From contig NC_005072.1 in NCBI RefSeq assembly GCF_000011465.1, positions 1-32,000 on the forward strand: a stretch of DNA of 32,000 nucleotides. Reading direction: 5' to 3'. Every line of letters starts with the position of its first letter. The stretch's first letter is position 1. Source of the stretch: Prochlorococcus marinus subsp. pastoris str. CCMP1986. Its GTDB lineage: Bacteria; Cyanobacteriota; Cyanobacteriia; PCC-6307; Cyanobiaceae. This document shows positions 28,354-32,000 of the stretch, one piece after another. The position numbers and the translations under genes were made by a program. The notes below the pieces were generated by a model that searched no databases, was not told the DNA's origin, and saw only the letters and a list, made by a program, of their open reading frames with translations.

Positions 28354-29370
28354 ATCTTTAGTTAAATCAAAAGCTGCTTTTATTGCTTCAACCATACTTT
28401 GAGATTGGGCTATACCTTTTCCTGCAATATCAAATCCAGTTCCATGATCAGGAGATGTTCTGATAAAAGGTAAACCAATAGTTGTATTAACTGAGTAATT
28501 AAGGGCTATAACTTTAATTGGAATTAATCCCTGATCATGATACATAGCAAGAATTCCATCATGTGTTGGAGCTGTTTTATCTCTCCATGCTTTTGAAGAT
28601 GAATTCCAGCAAGTATCAGGAGAAATAGGACCTGATACATGAACTCCTTTATTTTGATTACCCCAGGTAGTAACCGCATTTTTAATCCAATCTTTTTCCT
28701 CACTTCCTAATATGCCTTCTTCACCAGCATGAGGGTTTAATCCAGCGACTTTTAGAAGGGGTTTATTGACATAGGTTTTGCAAAATTTTGCAAACAAATC
28801 TAATTTTGTATGAATTAGTTGTGTAGATAATTTTTTTGGTACGTCGCATAAAGGTATATGGGTAGTTGCCAATAAGGTGTTAAATCTCCAACCAGTGATT
28901 GGAGATTTAGCTGTAAATAACATACCGACATCCTTAACCTGACAAGTTTCTGCTAATAATTCTGTTTGACCTGAATAATTATGGCCTGCTAAAGACCATG
29001 ACTTTTTACAAATAGGTCCAGTAACTAGTGCTGCATTTGTATACTTCTGAACAATTTCAATAGCTTTTTTCAAGTAAAAGAAACTTGCATTACCATTACT
29101 TTTTTTTTGTTTATTTATTTCAAACGGAATTTGAATATCATGTATTTGGTAATTATTAGGATCTACAATATTTTTGATTCCTAAAGATTTAAGATTTTTA
29201 TAAGTATTTTCTAGATTATTTTTTGATCCAACAATTATAAAATCAAGATTATATGGTATTTCTTTAGAAAAAAGAGCTTTCAAAATAATTTCAGGTCCGA
29301 TGCCTGACTCGTCTCCAACGCTTATGATAATTTTAAATTTATCTTCATTATCATTGCTTTGATTATTCAT
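28330..29370 (-). CDS. pdxA: 4-hydroxythreonine-4-phosphate dehydrogenase
   Basis: 346-aa ORF. GDESGIGPEI, NPHAGEEG and TSPDHGTGFDIAGKG match PdxA. Confidence 0.9.
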   Translation of the reverse strand: MNNQSNDNEDKFKIIISVGDESGIGPEIILKALFSKEIPYNLDFIIVGSKNNLENTYKNLKSLGIKNIVDPNNYQIHDIQIPFEINKQKKSNGNASFFYLKKAIEIVQKYTNAALVTGPICKKSWSLAGHNYSGQTELLAETCQVKDVGMLFTAKSPITGWRFNTLLATTHIPLCDVPKKLSTQLIHTKLDLFAKFCKTYVNKPLLKVAGLNPHAGEEGILGSEEKDWIKNAVTTWGNQNKGVHVSGPISPDTCWNSSSKAWRDKTAPTHDGILAMYHDQGLIPIKVIALNYSVNTTIGLPFIRTSPDHGTGFDIAGKGIAQSQSMVEAIKAAFDLTKDSRLFNAH

Positions 29371-30250
29371 GATTTAATTTTAATAGGCAATTATTTAATC
29401 CTGCTTTGTAGTTTTTATAAATAAGTTTATATCCTAATTTTTTACATAATAATTTATTTGAAACTCTTCTATTTTCTTTCCAAAAAGATTGGGCGATTGG
29501 CGATAAATCTTTTTTAGCTTCTTCAAATAATATTTTTTTGGGCATTTCTAATCCAAGTAATTGGTAGCTATATCTTATGACTTCAATTTGTGAGCAAGGC
29601 TCGTCATCTGCGATATTAATTATTTGATGAAAATCCAAATTATTTTTATTTTGTATTAAATAAATAATTGCATTTGCAATATCAGCGACATGAATTCTTG
29701 AGAAGACTTGATTTTCTTTATCTATCACTTTGATTTTTTTTGTTCTAATAGCTTCTAAAGTTGACCTCCCTGGACCATAAATACCAGGTAATCTGAAAAT
29801 TTGTATTGGCAAATTTGAATTAATCCATTCTCTTTCACAATTTAATCTCCTTTGACTTCTTTCTTGAAAAGGATTTGGTTGATCTTCTTCACACACCCAA
29901 TCACCATGGGTGTTGCCATAAACACCAGTAGTAGAGAGATATCCAACCCATTTTAGAGATAACTTTTTAATTTTATTTTTAAGCCTCTTTAATACAGGGT
30001 CGTTACCATTTTTATCTGGAGGTATACAACTAAGAATGTGAGTTGCTCCCTCAAAGATTGAATCTTCAGGTATTGAATTATCTTCGCTATTAAAAATAAA
30101 ACTATTTGGCTCATTACTAATAGATCGAGAACTTGCTAATGCTATGCAGCCTAGTTTTCTGATTGATTTTGCAAAATAGTCTCCGCTAAAACCTCCTCCA
30201 AAGATTAGGAATTTATTTTTTGCTGTAATGGGACTTGATAAATTGGTCAT
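29363..30250 (-). CDS. NAD(P)-binding Rossmann-fold protein (extended SDR / epimerase-like), function unknown
   Basis: 295-aa ORF. The N-terminal FLIFGGGFSGDYFA is a GxGxxG-like motif. YLSTTGVYG and IHVADIANAI are typical of NAD-dependent epimerase/dehydratase relatives. Its stop overlaps the pdxA start by 8 nt. Confidence 0.75.
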   Translation of the reverse strand: MTNLSSPITAKNKFLIFGGGFSGDYFAKSIRKLGCIALASSRSISNEPNSFIFNSEDNSIPEDSIFEGATHILSCIPPDKNGNDPVLKRLKNKIKKLSLKWVGYLSTTGVYGNTHGDWVCEEDQPNPFQERSQRRLNCEREWINSNLPIQIFRLPGIYGPGRSTLEAIRTKKIKVIDKENQVFSRIHVADIANAIIYLIQNKNNLDFHQIINIADDEPCSQIEVIRYSYQLLGLEMPKKILFEEAKKDLSPIAQSFWKENRRVSNKLLCKKLGYKLIYKNYKAGLNNCLLKLNHE

Positions 30251-30288
30251 TAAGTATTATAAATAGTACATATGTATTATTAAAGAAA

Positions 30289-30525
30289 ATGCAGACTTTA
30301 ATTCAGCCTGAGGTAAAACTAAATATAGTTGGTTTTGATAATTCCAATTTTCAAGTTAAAGAAAAATTAAATTATTCAAAATCTTGTTTAGATTTTAAAT
30401 TCTATCAAAAATTATTTGCAATATTTTTAGTATCTTGTGCATTTTTAATATTTCCTGAATCTCCACAAGATTCAGAAATTTTATGCAAAAAATATCAATC
30501 TACAAAGGCTTGTATGGTCTGGTAA
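30289..30525 (+). CDS. Small hypothetical protein with one predicted TM segment
   Basis: The track ORF begins at the TTG at 30235, inside the divergent SDR gene. The ATG at 30289 gives 78 aa (MQTLIQPE...). A hydrophobic stretch LFAIFLVSCAFLIF is present. I recognise no family motif. Confidence 0.35.
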   Translation: MQTLIQPEVKLNIVGFDNSNFQVKEKLNYSKSCLDFKFYQKLFAIFLVSCAFLIFPESPQDSEILCKKYQSTKACMVW

Positions 30526-30930
30526 TTACGCGGCATTATATTCATCATTATCAAACTCGTAATTTTTATTTTTTTTACTCATAAAGGTAGGATTTGCCCA
30601 TTGTAATAATCTTAAAGCTAATCTCAGATCACCATCTAACCATGCTCTAATAGCCATAGCTCTTCTAGGATCATAAAATTTTTGTTTTCTATACCAATAC
30701 AAAGCATTATCATCTGATTTGTCGCCGTTGCATGATAAGCATGCTGGAACACAATTTTCGGTTGTACTCAAACCTCCTTGGCTTCTAGGAAGTACATGGT
30801 CAATGGATTCTGAAGGTTTTCCGCAGTATATGCAACTTTTTCCCGTAAATGTATGAATTGATTTTCGCCATTGCCTTAATCTGAATTTAGGGCATAAATC
30901 TTCTAAAAAGACAGCATCATTATAGTGCAT
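30526..30930 (-). CDS. Stand-alone HNH endonuclease-family protein
   Basis: 134-aa ORF. CIYCGKPSESIDHVLPRSQGGLSTTENCVPACLSCNGDK carries the CxxC...DH...N...CxxCN HNH/zinc architecture. Confidence 0.85.
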   Translation of the reverse strand: MHYNDAVFLEDLCPKFRLRQWRKSIHTFTGKSCIYCGKPSESIDHVLPRSQGGLSTTENCVPACLSCNGDKSDDNALYWYRKQKFYDPRRAMAIRAWLDGDLRLALRLLQWANPTFMSKKNKNYEFDNDEYNAA

Positions 30931-31100
30931 TCAGATTATTTAATTTCCTATAATTTTGACCGATTCAATATAAAAGTCAATAGGTTTTTTATTATTTTTA
31001 AGACTATATTTCTTGGATTGAATATATTTTATGTATTTAATTATACCTAATAAATAATATTTAATTTATACGCTAAATGTATTTAAATATACTTTTAAGG

Positions 31101-31520
31101 TTAATAGCTATACCTATCAAAGGTTTCTTTGGAATAGTCTTCATTTTCTTTGTCTTGCAAAAGTTCTTCTTTTTTTCGCCTTTTTTCTTTTCTATCGTTT
31201 TCTAATTGTAGCTTTCTATCAGGATGAAGTTGATCTAAAAATTCAACACAATAAGAAAACTTATCTCTTTCTCTTACAACTGTTTCAATAATTTGCCCGG
31301 CGGCCTGCTTTGGAGAGGTCTTAAAAATACCCCCTTTTTGTTTCTTAATATAACTGTAAGCTGCTTGCCAACTGCTTTCATGGTCATTCCCCCCATCTCT
31401 CATTGTACAAAATATTTCTGCTCCAAAGGAACCTGCAATTGCTTTAGGGGCCAATAATAGTAATGGAACATACATTGCAACTAAAGGAAAAATGAATCTT
31501 ATCTTTTTATGCCCTTTCAT
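31101..31520 (-). CDS. Hypothetical secreted or membrane-anchored protein with a highly charged C-terminal tail
   Basis: 139-aa ORF. A signal-like N-terminus MKGHKKIRFIFPLVAMYVPLLLLAPKAIAG is present. The C-terminus is ENDRKEKRRKKEELLQDKENEDY. I recognise no family. Confidence 0.55.
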   Translation of the reverse strand: MKGHKKIRFIFPLVAMYVPLLLLAPKAIAGSFGAEIFCTMRDGGNDHESSWQAAYSYIKKQKGGIFKTSPKQAAGQIIETVVRERDKFSYCVEFLDQLHPDRKLQLENDRKEKRRKKEELLQDKENEDYSKETFDRYSY

Positions 31521-31578
31521 TAGTTTTTTATCTGTCTATATAAAAAGTATCTTTAATTTAGATAATGTCTAGATAAAT

Positions 31579-32000
31579 TTAAGATTTTATTATTCCAAAT
31601 AGGTTGAGCATTTTTACAACCAGTGGCAGAATTAAAAGAACAGTAACTAATCTAACTGCGTGAAGAGTTGCAACTGCTGCCCCTACTCCATATTCTGTAC
31701 CGACTAAACTCATACCACTTATCCCTCCTGGAGCAGCACCAAGAATTGTCGTGATTATATCTACATTAAGTAATCTGCTAGTCCATAAACCAATCGCTAG
31801 GCCAGTAATTATTAGTGTAAATGTGATTAAAATTGCAGGCTTCCATAAAGTTTGTAATTCAACTAATGAGTCCTTCGTTAAGCTTGTTCCAATAACAGTA
31901 CCAATGCCTATTTCTAATATGGTTCTTGTACCATTTGGCCACACGGCAGGTTCAACTTTTCCGCTGATGCCTAAAACACTTGCACCAATTAAAGCCCCTG
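31579..32000 (-). CDS. AbrB-family (AbrB-duplication, so-called putative ammonia monooxygenase) membrane protein, 5' end outside the window
   Basis: The track starts this ORF at an internal GTG at 31944. By my own translation the frame stays open to the window edge (...GALIGASVLGISGKVEPAVWPNGT...). All segments are hydrophobic, and the G-rich pattern IGIGTVIG..AAPGG fits this family. Confidence 0.7.
   Translation of the reverse strand, partial: GALIGASVLGISGKVEPAVWPNGTRTILEIGIGTVIGTSLTKDSLVELQTLWKPAILITFTLIITGLAIGLWTSRLLNVDIITTILGAAPGGISGMSLVGTEYGVGAAVATLHAVRLVTVLLILPLVVKMLNLFGIIKS

Noticed and set aside
30235-31578. Is the HNH region a genomic island or prophage remnant?
   Set aside because: There is no flanking tRNA, integrase, direct repeats or phage genes. 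Base composition looks the same as its surroundings. It is kept only as a low-confidence finding, not called as a mobile element.

Overview
The window is AT-rich (roughly 30% G+C by eye) and densely coding, with 32 supportable protein genes. I found no rRNA, tRNA, CRISPR array, transposase or integrase.

Gene content and order: dnaN, PRC-barrel ORF, purL, purF, gyrA-like, TPR, queG, DUF502, nusB, ftsY, PP2C phosphatase, argH, RRM RNA-binding protein, dusA, msrB, grpE, dnaJ, tusA-like, rsgA, ybaB, murB, murC, gap2, thiL, cyclophilin, efp, accB, pdxA, SDR, small ORF, HNH, secreted ORF, AbrB-family membrane protein. From memory, this matches the origin-proximal start of a high-light-adapted Prochlorococcus marinus chromosome. 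Two head-to-tail DnaA boxes just upstream of dnaN support that placement. I cannot assign a strain without a database search.

This is core housekeeping DNA, not an accessory island. I see no convincing multi-gene novel system such as a defence, toxin-antitoxin or mobile module.

What stands out is at a finer scale:
- A partial oriC at the window start.
- A GyrA paralogue with an intact catalytic Tyr, no GyrA-box and no adjacent B subunit.
- Perfect in-frame tandem repeats in ftsY (30 bp x5) and in the Gly-rich tail of the RRM protein (27 bp x4-6, a strongly GC-rich patch).
- An MsrB with a textbook twin-arginine signal peptide.
- An orphan PP2C phosphatase with an uncharacterised N-terminal domain.
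- A tusA-like gene translationally coupled between dnaJ and rsgA.
- Extreme packing: TTAA stop/stop overlaps, 24-35 bp convergent overlaps and a 27-bp divergent gap.
- A loosely packed corner at 30.2-31.6 kb with a stand-alone HNH nuclease and small unknown ORFs.

All family assignments come from motif recognition in the supplied translations. No searches were run.
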